Shown here: positions 10,501-19,112 of the stretch, piece by piece | Layout: each line of letters starts with the position of its first letter | How positions within the stretch are numbered: the first letter of the stretch is position 1 | Assembly (NCBI GenBank): GCA_041650295.1 | Contig: JBAZLM010000005.1 | Coordinates: 36,592 to 100,591 of the forward strand | Source of the DNA: Candidatus Omnitrophota bacterium | GTDB lineage: Bacteria; Omnitrophota; Gorgyraeia; Gygaellales; Profunditerraquicolaceae | Direction: 5' to 3' | Length of the DNA stretch: 64,000 nucleotides | Program-made: the position numbers and the translations under genes | The notes under the pieces: model-generated | Told to the model about the DNA's origin: nothing | Database searches by the model: none | What the model saw: the letters and a program-made list of their open reading frames with translations, nothing else

Positions 10501-10725
10501 GGCAGGGAAAAACTCTAAAATAGCCTGATCTTTATCTTTTGTACCAAAACTAGAAATACATTGACCGCGATTAACATAAAAAACCCACATCGGAATACCA
10601 TATCTTCCGGCGATTCCAGGAAAAAAGTTGACAAAAGGCTTAGCGTAATTATAATTTTCAATGACAAATTCGCCTTGCTGATTAAGGTAGTATTTAATTT
10701 TAATTTGTTTAGTAGAAGAGTTCAT
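7525..10725 (-). CDS. large hypothetical protein, possibly glycoside phosphorylase/hydrolase-like (GH94-like alpha/alpha-barrel family)
   Basis: 1066-aa uninterrupted ORF on the minus strand. N-terminus FVIENYNYAKPFVNFFPGIAGRYGIPMWVFYVNRGQ resembles the N-terminal beta-sandwich of cellobiose/chitobiose phosphorylase-type proteins. GNGNYRDANQNRRND resembles the GxGDWND catalytic region. Assignment is tentative. Confidence 0.5.
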   Translation of the reverse strand: MNSSTKQIKIKYYLNQQGEFVIENYNYAKPFVNFFPGIAGRYGIPMWVFYVNRGQCISSFGTKDKDQAILEFFPANKAWQLVTSHGFRTFIKIKSNKKVIFYEPFHNGSSNLEYRITNLMRMDSAKLTIEEINFTLGIKTCVEYFNIPDDNFAGLSRMVTVENIGKTLRSIEIIDGLPQIIPFGEHQYFLKEMSRTIEAWMKVDNFDKGVPFYKLAVDPSDRPEVVHIDAGNFYLNYHFKKNRSEIIRPIVDPQVVFGPVTDFSYPYQFLAKYNYIYPRRQLTDNKTPSALLFLKFKLKPKEQKKFYSVIGQARNVKILNSSVDRITKFGYLENKLQRNVKLIADLKNEISTKSSSAAFDLYAGQSYLDNIMRGGYPEVLKSGAMFYLYARKHGDPERDYNRFQLDPTYLSQGNGNYRDANQNRRNDLWFNPLIKDENIIFFMNLIQSDGFNPLVIKSDKFLLKDNFDLIKLLKEIVEPDIIDKFKLFFKKPFTPGELIFFVELNKIQLKSSYDDFLTQILSSAQKLQDAEHGEGFWTDHWTYNLDLIDSFLGIYPEKFKELFFEKKVFSFYDNAEIVRPRNEKYVLYNGEPRQLHSVVMDSRKKELIAKRSHYPHDLRMQHGAGEIYYTTLIVKLVCLAVNKLASLDPFGVGIEMEANKPNWYDSLNGLPALFGSSTCETFELKRLLQVIKKALNCSGVDQIQVPEEIADFINQTSVLFSYDGFNYWDKSNNLKEDYRNKTCLGFSGNLNDLSVSKLLDFVDAGLEKVEAGLTKAFNKETGIYNSYFINTVVDYELIKGHMIKPKKFTQTPLPLFLEGQMHGLRLAQNSQQAIKLHQATKQSNLFDKKLKMYKVCASLFSMPEEIGRTRVFTPGWLENESIWLHMEYKYILELLKTGLIEEFYTEFKHVLIPFQDPKRYGRSILENSSFIASSAFSDQSLQGNGFVARLSGSTAEFLHIWLIMNAGSNPFTLDNQGKLKLEFKPNLAGWLFTKQGTYSFNFLSSILVTYYNQKKKDTFGKHAAKIVKQVIFENDKQIEINSTIIPSAIAENIRARKVSKIDIYLE

Positions 10726-10970
10726 TTTTTTATTTAATAATTCATTTTACATATTTTATTTAATTTGTCAATCATCTTAAGATTTATTATTCAGGTTACT
10801 ACATTGTGTAGACATGCACATCTATGTATATTTGCAATATTTTTTTAAATACCCCTTGATTTTTTTATAACAATATGTTACATTCTCAAGAGTTATAAAT
10901 TAGCCCAATGTTTTGTATTTTTATTTTTTTACATAAATAAACAGGCCTTTTTAAAACTATTTAAAAACTC

Positions 10971-13900
10971 ATGTCGAGACACAAGCTGCCAAAAGTATTT
11001 TATCTGCTCATTAGTTTTCTATTAATCTTTGAGCAATCCGGCTTTGCCCAAGTGGCTGCTCAGCTGGATATCTCAGGCAAGCTGGCTGCTTTTGGCAACT
11101 CCATCACTGTAGAGAGGTTTAGGCCGCTACATTTAAGGTATCTACAGTATAACCCCCAAGACAACAACTTCCGCCTGTTAATTGATAAAGGTACCCTTAA
11201 AAACCCTTCAAATACCGATTTAGAACGTACTTCTAAGGAACTACTCAAATACTTCTTTATTGGTCTATCTTTACCTAATGATAAGTTCTGGGTAAACTTA
11301 AGACCAGATGCTGCTGATAGTATTATTGATGATAAACTAGCGCAAACCGATATTGGTCGCATTCTTTTAGAAGCTGATGTCCAGCTTAAAAAGGACACTG
11401 CCAACGCCACATCCCCAGAGACCGCTCAAGGCAAACTCTACTGGGATAAGCTTTATGCTAAAGCTGCAGAGTTATTCGGCTCTCAAAACATCACAATACC
11501 TACACTAACTAGACCCTGGATTGTTCCCGATGAAGTAATCATCCGCGAATCTACTGATTCAGCTTATGTCTACAAAGCATCATTAAAGGTGATGCTAGAG
11601 CAAGACTACCTAAAGAACAGCTCTACCTATAACTTCAAAGACGACCGCCTAAAAGCTTTAAATGAATACTCATCTCAATTAATCCGAGAACTAATTATTC
11701 CTAACCTAACTAAAGAGATCAACACCTCTAAACAATACGCACCACTACGTCAGGTATATTACTCTTTAATCTTGGCTCAATGGTTTAAAGCTCGTAACCA
11801 AACTAAAAACAATCCTTATACTAATTTAATTAACTCTCAGAACCTAACCGGTTTTACCTCTAAAACCCCATACTCTAAAGAAACTTACTTCAACCAATAT
11901 CAAAAATCCTTTAAAGACGGGGAATACAACATCCATACTCCAGTAACTACTCCAACTGGACAAGTAATTAGAAGTTATTTTTCGGGGGGAATGGCGTTTG
12001 GAACAATTTCTCCGATCCGTACTCCTGCCAATAATTCTACTGAAATTGCACAACCTTATGAAGCAAGAATCACGCTTCCTGCTACAGAAGCGCAACAAAA
12101 TGATAATCCGGTTTTTTTCACACCTACGCAAGCTACCGAAAAAATTAACCAGCTAGCAATTACTGGCGATCTACACAAGTTAAAAGCTTATGCCGAAAAA
12201 GCAATAAGGGGAGAGGTTAATCAAGATGAATATCTCCAAGGCTATGCTCAAGAATTAAAAATAATTACCGATATTTTATCTCAAACTCGCCCAGTGGATG
12301 AACTCAATCTTTTAGTTAATCAATTTGACGTAAAAATTAAACAGTTGGATATTTTACGTGCAATCACTGAAATTATTTTACAATTAGAAAATGGAAAAGA
12401 AGGAACAAGTAATCCGCAAAGACTTAAAGAACTACGGGAAGTTTTTATTAAATATCCGGAAATCTCTCAACTTCTTATTAATTATTTTGAAACTAGATTC
12501 AACCCAGAAAAAACTATTGATGCTCGCGGTGAAGAGGCCGGCCAAATTAGGTTAAAAATACTTAAACTAATCGAAGAGCTGGATGGACTTCCAGAACATA
12601 ATATTTTAGCTAAAGCTATCGGCATCTTAATTGCCACAATTAAAACCGACTACTACATTGAAAACAGAACAGAACTTTTCTTAAGAATCGACCCGCGAGC
12701 AATTGTCGCCTACGATGATTCTGGCGCGTTAATCCGCACGCCACCTTATGCACTTATCTGGGTACACGTGCCTTACGGAGCATTTGGGGCACACTCCAGA
12801 TATGCTGATGTGGCTAGAGGAGGCTTGAGAAGTATTCGACCAGAGAGAGTTAATTTATGGAATAAAGTGTTAACCGAATGCGTAGCGCTATCCTTTACGC
12901 AACATAAAAAACATATAGATATTTCAGAAGGCGGATCTAAAGGAGCATTCGTTTATCAAGAAGGCTTAAATTTTGTAGCCTCAGCATTGGCTTACGTTGA
13001 CGGTCTAACTAACTGTATGATTAACGATGAGCGTATTGCCGTTGCTTCAGGAAATATCACCATTGATCCATTAGAACTGGGACCTGATGAAGGAACCGCA
13101 GAATTAGTAGACGTAATTACCGCTTTAGCTTGGTGGAAAAATTTAGACACTTGGAGACTTTTAATCACCGGAAAATCAGCGGTTTTAGGCGGCATATCAC
13201 ATATGAAAAACAATTTAACAACTCCCGCAGTAATGGGCAACCGGGTTACTTCTCAAGGAGTAATGGCACATGCTTTTGAAACAACAAGATACTCACAAGA
13301 AAAAAATATTACCCCAAAAAATAAATTATCGCTCTCAATTACCGGAGGCCTAGATGGGGATGTTGCCAGTGGCCTAGTTGAAATCGCAATCCGTAATTAT
13401 AATGAAGATGTGGCTATACGTAGCTTGGTTGATTTTTCCGGAGTCATGTTTGATCCGGCTGGCCTTGATCACAGCGCTCTATTAGAGATGTATGCGAATG
13501 AATCACAAGCAAAATTATTTCCCAAAGAAAAACTGGGACCCGGAGGTTTTATTGCCGAAGCGCGCAAAGGCTATGCTGAAGAAAACTATACTACCTTAAA
13601 TACAGATTCACTAAAGTATCTAAACACTTATGCTTTAGATCCGCAAGTTTTAGAGAAATTAGGATTGGAAGCAAAATATAAAGAACAAGCCGGACTAAAT
13701 AATGATCAACCATTGATTATGGTTTTAGAAAGAGACAGTCAAAACAGACCATCAAAGATCAAAGTCCACGATGTTTATTTAAGAGACGCAATGTTCTTCT
13801 TAACCAAAGCTGATATGCTCATCACTGGAGGGGGAGTAAAGGACTCCATTAATGACCAAAATTGGGAGCTTTTCTTTGATCAAGAGGGCCGGCCAACTAC

Positions 13901-16900
13901 CCCGGCAATCGTTCATGGCGCAAATGTATTTACCACTAAGAATGCGCTAATTAATCTAGAAAAAAAAGGAATATTTATTGAACCAGATGAAAAAGCTAAT
14001 TCCGTAGGAGTAGAGATCTCCAGCAACGCAGAATTAAATATCAACAGCATTTTTAAACCAGCAGAGATTACTCCAGCAATAATGACTGCATATTTTAAAC
14101 AGGTTTTAGCTAATTCTTTAGAAAACGCTAGATGGAAATTTTTTGCTTTAAGAATAGAAAGCGAAGACAGACCTGAGCAAAGTGCTGCTACCGAAGTTTC
14201 TCCGACCATGTCTATGGAAATAACTGCCCTGGCAGATTTAATTTCAAACATGTTTAGCGACATCCGTAGCGGCTCTAATCCTGAAGCCATAGATCGATTA
14301 AAAAATAACTTTCCGGAATTAGACGCGCTTGATTCAAGCTACCCAACCACATTAGCTCGCCTGCTAGACCGCATGCCTCAAGCCCGGCTACAAGCTACAA
14401 TTTCAAAATTAATTGCCAAAGAGATTGTTTTAAATCTTGGAATGGGAACCGTTGCTCAACTGGCTAAAAATTTAAAAGTCGACCAAAAAGAAATTGTTCG
14501 TCTATATTTAATCGAAGCCGAAAAACTCGATATTTATGAAAAAGTAAAAGCAGTAATCGAAAATCCGCAAAATTTTACTCCTAGTGCTCAAATTAATAAA
14601 TTAAGAGAGTTACGTAAAGAATTAACCAATGCCATTGAACATTCTAAAACCGCGTTAGAAAAAGAGATTAATGATGCCATAGCTCCTTTTGAAAGTGGCT
14701 TAGCCCCAACTGATAAAATACATATCAAAGGTCTATTGAGAAAGTTTTTAATCGAAAAATATTCTGCATTAAAAAATGAACTTATACTCGGAGGTACTTT
14801 TATATCTGCAGCGATGCTCACTAAAAAACAAAGACAAGAACTATTGGGAGCAGAAAACTATGACCAAATTGCCAAAGACACAACTAATGAAGCTGCCGCT
14901 AAAGATACATATGTAATTTTTGACTCAATGGACGGTGGATTAGGTCAAAGCGTAGAACGAAAAAATTACCTTAAAATCAGAGAAGATACTGAAAGTGATT
15001 TTAAAGCTCGTCGTGACGAAAACAACAAAATCGCCTTAGGCGCCAAGGGAACTGACTTAGCTTATGATATCGAACTTAATGGTGAGCATTTTAAAGCCAG
15101 CGTCGCGGAAATTAAACTATTACACATATTGAGCATAACTCAACAATTCGGGAAAGTTACTTTCCAACCATTAGTAAACACCGATTCAGCTCCTTCTTAT
15201 GAAGCTTTACTAAATAGTACTTATCTTTTAGACAAAGCAGACAAAAATAAAACTGACAAAAGAACTTATCGTCAGGTTTTAGCTGAATATGGAATAACCT
15301 TGGACAAAACAAATGAGTTCCTCTACCAAGCTAATCTTCCAATCATTGAATATGATACTAATAAACTAACCAATAAATTTCCCACTCCTGGTGGCCATGG
15401 CCAATGGGGAGTCATGCTTTTAAGTGAGGCTAAAGATATTGAATTGCCTAAAGACGGCAAAACATTAATTCGGGCATTCTACAATGGTGATGGAATCGCT
15501 AATTTTCCAGATGCGGCAATCTTAGGTTGGATGGCTAAAAAGAAGATCGGAATTGTGATGATTTCAACCACAAAAGCCGGTTTAGATAAAAAGGGTGGCC
15601 AAATCGGAATTCAAATATTACCGGATGGCTCAACTCGGGTACAAATGTTAGAATTAGCCCAGGCAAAAAAAATCGGCAAAGCTCATGAACAATTATTTGC
15701 AGCTATCGGTTTACCGGGAGTAGACACAGTCGAAGGTGTTGATGCTCAAGGCAATCCTTATACCTACACCAATGAAGCCGGAGCCCAATACTTTAATACC
15801 AATATTGCTTTAATCAACTATAGTGTTTTATCACCGATTTTTAAGTCTATTTTAGAAATTAAAACTAAAGATATTGATTTCGAGGGTGAAAAGTTAACCG
15901 GAGCAGAGCTATTAGAAAGAATTGTTTCTCCGGATTTAATCGAAAATGTTAAAACCAGGGAAGACGGTAAAAATTATACTCAATTAGAAGGAGCAATTGG
16001 CTCAGCGCTACTTAACTGTAATGCTTTCTTTAGCGCAACTAAAGATCCCCGCATAAAAAAAATCCTTTCTGATGTAATTGGAGATAATAAACTTTTAAGA
16101 ATTGTCAACGTTGATGCTTCTCAAAGAACTAAATTTTTTACCCCAATAAAAAGTGCTTTCGATTACTGGTTCCAAAACTACTCAGACTATTATAAAATGG
16201 ATACTCAAAATTGGACATTAGTTGATGCAAGAGAAGGAGAAGAGCCTCCGCAAGTCGATATTATCTCTTACAAACTAGATAAAGATGGCAAAAAAGTTGA
16301 TGATAAATTTTATAGCGATGTCCAAAACATAATTAACTCTTTTGCTAAAGCATCTACAATTGAATTAAAATCCTTAAATATTGAAGGCCAAATTAAAGCT
16401 GAAAATGCCATTCTTAAGGGAAATATAAAAATTGTTAGTAGTTTCCCAGGAATTATTGATTTAAACAGCGAAGCCAGCCGTAAAGCTTTAAATCAATCCG
16501 GAACCCAACCATTAATCTTAAATAACGTTAGCATCTCTATTGATGATCAAGGCAAAATCACAATGGATGATACATCAGTTAAACCGCCTTCGGTTGGCTC
16601 AACCGGTGAATACGAAATTATGCAAGAAATAATATTAGAAGCCGAAAATGATTATAGTGCTAGCCGAATTGCTCAAGCGGCTCAAAAGATATACGACGGC
16701 TTATTAAGTATGGAAGAAGATGAATTTATTGTTAATCTACCGACTGCCATCAAAATTTTAGAGGCTACATATAATCCTAAATTCGCTCCCATGCTTGAAA
16801 TTCTAAATAATCTAGATAAAAAAGACCATTCAGGCCTAGTAGAAAAATTAAAGAAACTGAATAATGATAGCAGCGCTCGGACTAACGCCGGTGGTATTGA

Positions 16901-17264
16901 TTTCCGCACGCTGCCGATCGTATCCCAAGCCATTAGCAACTTAAGCACTAATATTAATCGCAGCTCAATCAACAGCTTAGCCAAAATTGACTTAAACAAT
17001 GAGTGGCTTGATATTGAAAAGTTAATTAACTCAGGGATTGTTCCTTCAACTAATCGAATCAAAGAATACGTCCAGGCATCTTGTGCTCAAGATAAAACTA
17101 AAAACTGTAAAGATAAGGTTATTAATGGTATCGCTGATATCTTGCGCCAAGAAGAAGATCTCTGTCAGCGCACCAATCCTAAACTTTTAGATATATTAGT
17201 TGTCCTTCAGGCATCTAGAAATAGTAACGAATTGAATCAGGCGTTTCTCGGCAAAGCTATATAA
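10971..17264 (+). CDS. secreted 2097-aa multidomain protein; N-terminal domain paralogous to the giant ORF at 33332; contains large-NAD-GDH-like and UDP-sugar pyrophosphorylase-like domains
   Basis: Signal peptide ending ...SGFAQ. The first ~330 aa align with the start of the 33332 ORF (e.g. FRPLHLRYLQYNP/FRPLELRYFSYNS, WVNLRPDA, EADVQLKKDTA, IPTLTRPWIVPDEVIIRES, VIRSYFSGGM). Downstream domains are described in separate findings. Confidence 0.9.
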   Translation: MSRHKLPKVFYLLISFLLIFEQSGFAQVAAQLDISGKLAAFGNSITVERFRPLHLRYLQYNPQDNNFRLLIDKGTLKNPSNTDLERTSKELLKYFFIGLSLPNDKFWVNLRPDAADSIIDDKLAQTDIGRILLEADVQLKKDTANATSPETAQGKLYWDKLYAKAAELFGSQNITIPTLTRPWIVPDEVIIRESTDSAYVYKASLKVMLEQDYLKNSSTYNFKDDRLKALNEYSSQLIRELIIPNLTKEINTSKQYAPLRQVYYSLILAQWFKARNQTKNNPYTNLINSQNLTGFTSKTPYSKETYFNQYQKSFKDGEYNIHTPVTTPTGQVIRSYFSGGMAFGTISPIRTPANNSTEIAQPYEARITLPATEAQQNDNPVFFTPTQATEKINQLAITGDLHKLKAYAEKAIRGEVNQDEYLQGYAQELKIITDILSQTRPVDELNLLVNQFDVKIKQLDILRAITEIILQLENGKEGTSNPQRLKELREVFIKYPEISQLLINYFETRFNPEKTIDARGEEAGQIRLKILKLIEELDGLPEHNILAKAIGILIATIKTDYYIENRTELFLRIDPRAIVAYDDSGALIRTPPYALIWVHVPYGAFGAHSRYADVARGGLRSIRPERVNLWNKVLTECVALSFTQHKKHIDISEGGSKGAFVYQEGLNFVASALAYVDGLTNCMINDERIAVASGNITIDPLELGPDEGTAELVDVITALAWWKNLDTWRLLITGKSAVLGGISHMKNNLTTPAVMGNRVTSQGVMAHAFETTRYSQEKNITPKNKLSLSITGGLDGDVASGLVEIAIRNYNEDVAIRSLVDFSGVMFDPAGLDHSALLEMYANESQAKLFPKEKLGPGGFIAEARKGYAEENYTTLNTDSLKYLNTYALDPQVLEKLGLEAKYKEQAGLNNDQPLIMVLERDSQNRPSKIKVHDVYLRDAMFFLTKADMLITGGGVKDSINDQNWELFFDQEGRPTTPAIVHGANVFTTKNALINLEKKGIFIEPDEKANSVGVEISSNAELNINSIFKPAEITPAIMTAYFKQVLANSLENARWKFFALRIESEDRPEQSAATEVSPTMSMEITALADLISNMFSDIRSGSNPEAIDRLKNNFPELDALDSSYPTTLARLLDRMPQARLQATISKLIAKEIVLNLGMGTVAQLAKNLKVDQKEIVRLYLIEAEKLDIYEKVKAVIENPQNFTPSAQINKLRELRKELTNAIEHSKTALEKEINDAIAPFESGLAPTDKIHIKGLLRKFLIEKYSALKNELILGGTFISAAMLTKKQRQELLGAENYDQIAKDTTNEAAAKDTYVIFDSMDGGLGQSVERKNYLKIREDTESDFKARRDENNKIALGAKGTDLAYDIELNGEHFKASVAEIKLLHILSITQQFGKVTFQPLVNTDSAPSYEALLNSTYLLDKADKNKTDKRTYRQVLAEYGITLDKTNEFLYQANLPIIEYDTNKLTNKFPTPGGHGQWGVMLLSEAKDIELPKDGKTLIRAFYNGDGIANFPDAAILGWMAKKKIGIVMISTTKAGLDKKGGQIGIQILPDGSTRVQMLELAQAKKIGKAHEQLFAAIGLPGVDTVEGVDAQGNPYTYTNEAGAQYFNTNIALINYSVLSPIFKSILEIKTKDIDFEGEKLTGAELLERIVSPDLIENVKTREDGKNYTQLEGAIGSALLNCNAFFSATKDPRIKKILSDVIGDNKLLRIVNVDASQRTKFFTPIKSAFDYWFQNYSDYYKMDTQNWTLVDAREGEEPPQVDIISYKLDKDGKKVDDKFYSDVQNIINSFAKASTIELKSLNIEGQIKAENAILKGNIKIVSSFPGIIDLNSEASRKALNQSGTQPLILNNVSISIDDQGKITMDDTSVKPPSVGSTGEYEIMQEIILEAENDYSASRIAQAAQKIYDGLLSMEEDEFIVNLPTAIKILEATYNPKFAPMLEILNNLDKKDHSGLVEKLKKLNNDSSARTNAGGIDFRTLPIVSQAISNLSTNINRSSINSLAKIDLNNEWLDIEKLINSGIVPSTNRIKEYVQASCAQDKTKNCKDKVINGIADILRQEEDLCQRTNPKLLDILVVLQASRNSNELNQAFLGKAI
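12480..14100 (+). other. large NAD-specific glutamate dehydrogenase (Bac_GDH)-like domain inside the 2097-aa protein
   Basis: Motifs RFNPEKT, VARGGLRSIRPERV (cf. ARGGLRWSDR), EGGSKGAF (catalytic Lys region, cf. VGAKGGF), ITGGLDGDVASG (dinucleotide-binding GG-DGD-G), HGANVFTTKNALINLEKKGIFIEPDEKANSVGVEISS (GDH C-terminal GANxF...ANxGGV motif). Confidence 0.6.
14900..15850 (+). other. UDPGP-family (UTP-glucose-1-phosphate uridylyltransferase-like) domain inside the 2097-aa protein
   Basis: VIFDSMDGGLGQSVERKNY (cf. LNGGLGTSMG nucleotide-binding loop) and PTPGGHGQWGV (cf. PGHGD) about 160 aa downstream. Confidence 0.5.
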
Positions 17265-17286
17265 CTTAAAAAAATACAACTCTTAA

Positions 17287-17320
17287 CCCGATTTTGATTA
17301 CCCACAAATCGGGTTTTTTG
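17287..17320 (+). terminator. rho-independent terminator after the 2097-aa gene
   Basis: CCCGATTTTG / CAAATCGGG stem followed by a TTTTTT run, 23 nt after the stop codon. Confidence 0.7.
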
Positions 17321-17391
17321 TTAACCAAAACCTAGCCGCTTAATGTTGACTTTTAACAAATGGATGCTAAAATAAAAACAGGAGAATTAGG

Positions 17392-17679
17392 ATGTCGATA
17401 GATAAAGACACTATTAAACATGTTAGTCATTTAGCACGTATCGAACTGCAGCCAGAAGAGTTAGAAAAACTTTCTGGCCAATTGCATGATATATTAGGTT
17501 TTATTGACAAAATCAGTGTTTTAAACATTGAAAATGTCGCACCGGCAAGCCATATTTTACCCATTAGTAATGTTTTGCGAGAGGATAAACCCCAGAGCTC
17601 TTTATCCACCGAAAAAGTTTTAGCGAATGCTCCCAGCAAAAAAGGTAGCTACTTCAGCGTGCCTAAAATCATCGAATAA
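17392..17679 (+). CDS. gatC: Asp/Glu-tRNA(Asn/Gln) amidotransferase subunit C
   Basis: 95 aa. [31 protein letters not shown] is a GatC signature. Immediately upstream of gatA. Confidence 0.9.
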   Translation: MSIDKDTIKHVSHLARIELQPEELEKLSGQLHDILGFIDKISVLNIENVAPASHILPISNVLREDKPQSSLSTEKVLANAPSKKGSYFSVPKIIE

Positions 17680-17681
17680 CC

Positions 17682-19112
17682 ATGGAATTAAATAAATTAA
17701 CCGCTCATCAATTATTAGACCAACTTGCTAGTAAAAAAACTACACCAGAAGCCATCGAAGAATCACTTCATGCTCAAATTAAAAAAACTGAGCAAAAAGT
17801 TAGAGCTTATGTACGTAGCGATGAGATTAAAAAAATCACAAAATATAATCCTGCTGGTCAACTTCAAGGATTACCCATTACCATTAAAGACAATATTTGT
17901 ACGCAAGGAGCAAAAACTGAATGCTGCTCAAAGATTCTTACCGATTTTTGTCCGCCGTATGATGCCACAGTAATTAGTAAATTAAAAGCCGCAGGGGCAG
18001 AGATATTCTCTTTAAAGGCGAATATGGATGAATTTGCTTTCGGCTCATCTACTGAGAACTCATATTACGGGCCTTCAGCTAATCCTTGGAATTTAGAATG
18101 CGTCCCCGGAGGTTCTTCCGGTGGCTCAGCAGCAGCGGTAGCTAGCGATGAGGCAATCTGGGCACTAGGATCAGATACCGGTGGCTCAATTCGCCAACCA
18201 GCAGCATTCTGCGGTGTAGTCGGATTAAAGCCCACTTACGGTCGAGTTTCCCGTTTTGGTCTCATTGCTTTTGCTTCCAGTTTGGATCAGATCGGACCAA
18301 TTACTAAAGATGTAGAAGATGCGGCAATTTTATCAAAAATTATTTCCGGTTACGATCCTTGCGATTCAACTTCTGTAAATGTCGCCGTTGCGGATTATAC
18401 TAAAAGTTTAACCAAAGATATTAAAGGATTAAAAATTGGTATTCCCAAAGAATATTTTGTGCAAGGCTTAGATCCCGAAGTAAAAACTATTATTGAAGAA
18501 GCGATTCAAAAACTACAATCTTTAGGAGCAACTTCTAAATCGGTTTCTTTGCCACACACAGAATATGCCGTTCCGGTTTACTACATTATTGCTACTGCCG
18601 AGGCCAGCTCAAATTTAGCTAGATTTGACGGAGTGCAATACGGTTACCGCGCTAAATCTGAAAATTTAATGCAGATGTATAAATTAACCCGTGCTCAAGG
18701 CTTTGGTGATGAAGCTAAACGCCGTATTCTTTTAGGGACATTTGCATTATCGCACGGTTATTACGATGCCTATTATTTACGCGCACTTAAAGTGCGTACT
18801 TTAATTAAACAAGACTTTGAACAAGTTTTTAAAGATTTTGATTGTATTGTTTCTCCGGTATCGCCAACCCCGGCATTTAAAATGGGTGAGCGAACCGCCG
18901 ACCCTTTAAAGATGTATCTTTCGGATATTTACACTATCTCAGTAAATCTGGCAGGGATCCCGGCAATTTCTATACCTTGCGGTTTTACTAAAAAAGGATT
19001 GCCTGTAGGACTACAAATTATGGCCAAACACTTCGACGAAGAGATGATCTTTAGAGTTGCGCATACTTTTGAACAAAACACAGAGTGGCACAAGGTTAAA
19101 CCAAAATTATGA
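17682..19112 (+). CDS. gatA: Asp/Glu-tRNA(Asn/Gln) amidotransferase subunit A
   Basis: 476 aa. Amidase signature [49 protein letters not shown]. Confidence 0.95.
   Translation: MELNKLTAHQLLDQLASKKTTPEAIEESLHAQIKKTEQKVRAYVRSDEIKKITKYNPAGQLQGLPITIKDNICTQGAKTECCSKILTDFCPPYDATVISKLKAAGAEIFSLKANMDEFAFGSSTENSYYGPSANPWNLECVPGGSSGGSAAAVASDEAIWALGSDTGGSIRQPAAFCGVVGLKPTYGRVSRFGLIAFASSLDQIGPITKDVEDAAILSKIISGYDPCDSTSVNVAVADYTKSLTKDIKGLKIGIPKEYFVQGLDPEVKTIIEEAIQKLQSLGATSKSVSLPHTEYAVPVYYIIATAEASSNLARFDGVQYGYRAKSENLMQMYKLTRAQGFGDEAKRRILLGTFALSHGYYDAYYLRALKVRTLIKQDFEQVFKDFDCIVSPVSPTPAFKMGERTADPLKMYLSDIYTISVNLAGIPAISIPCGFTKKGLPVGLQIMAKHFDEEMIFRVAHTFEQNTEWHKVKPKL

Noticed and set aside
17725-17973. Plus-strand ORF 17725-17973 inside gatA
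   Set aside because: Out-of-frame overlap with gatA, which carries the amidase signature. Spurious.
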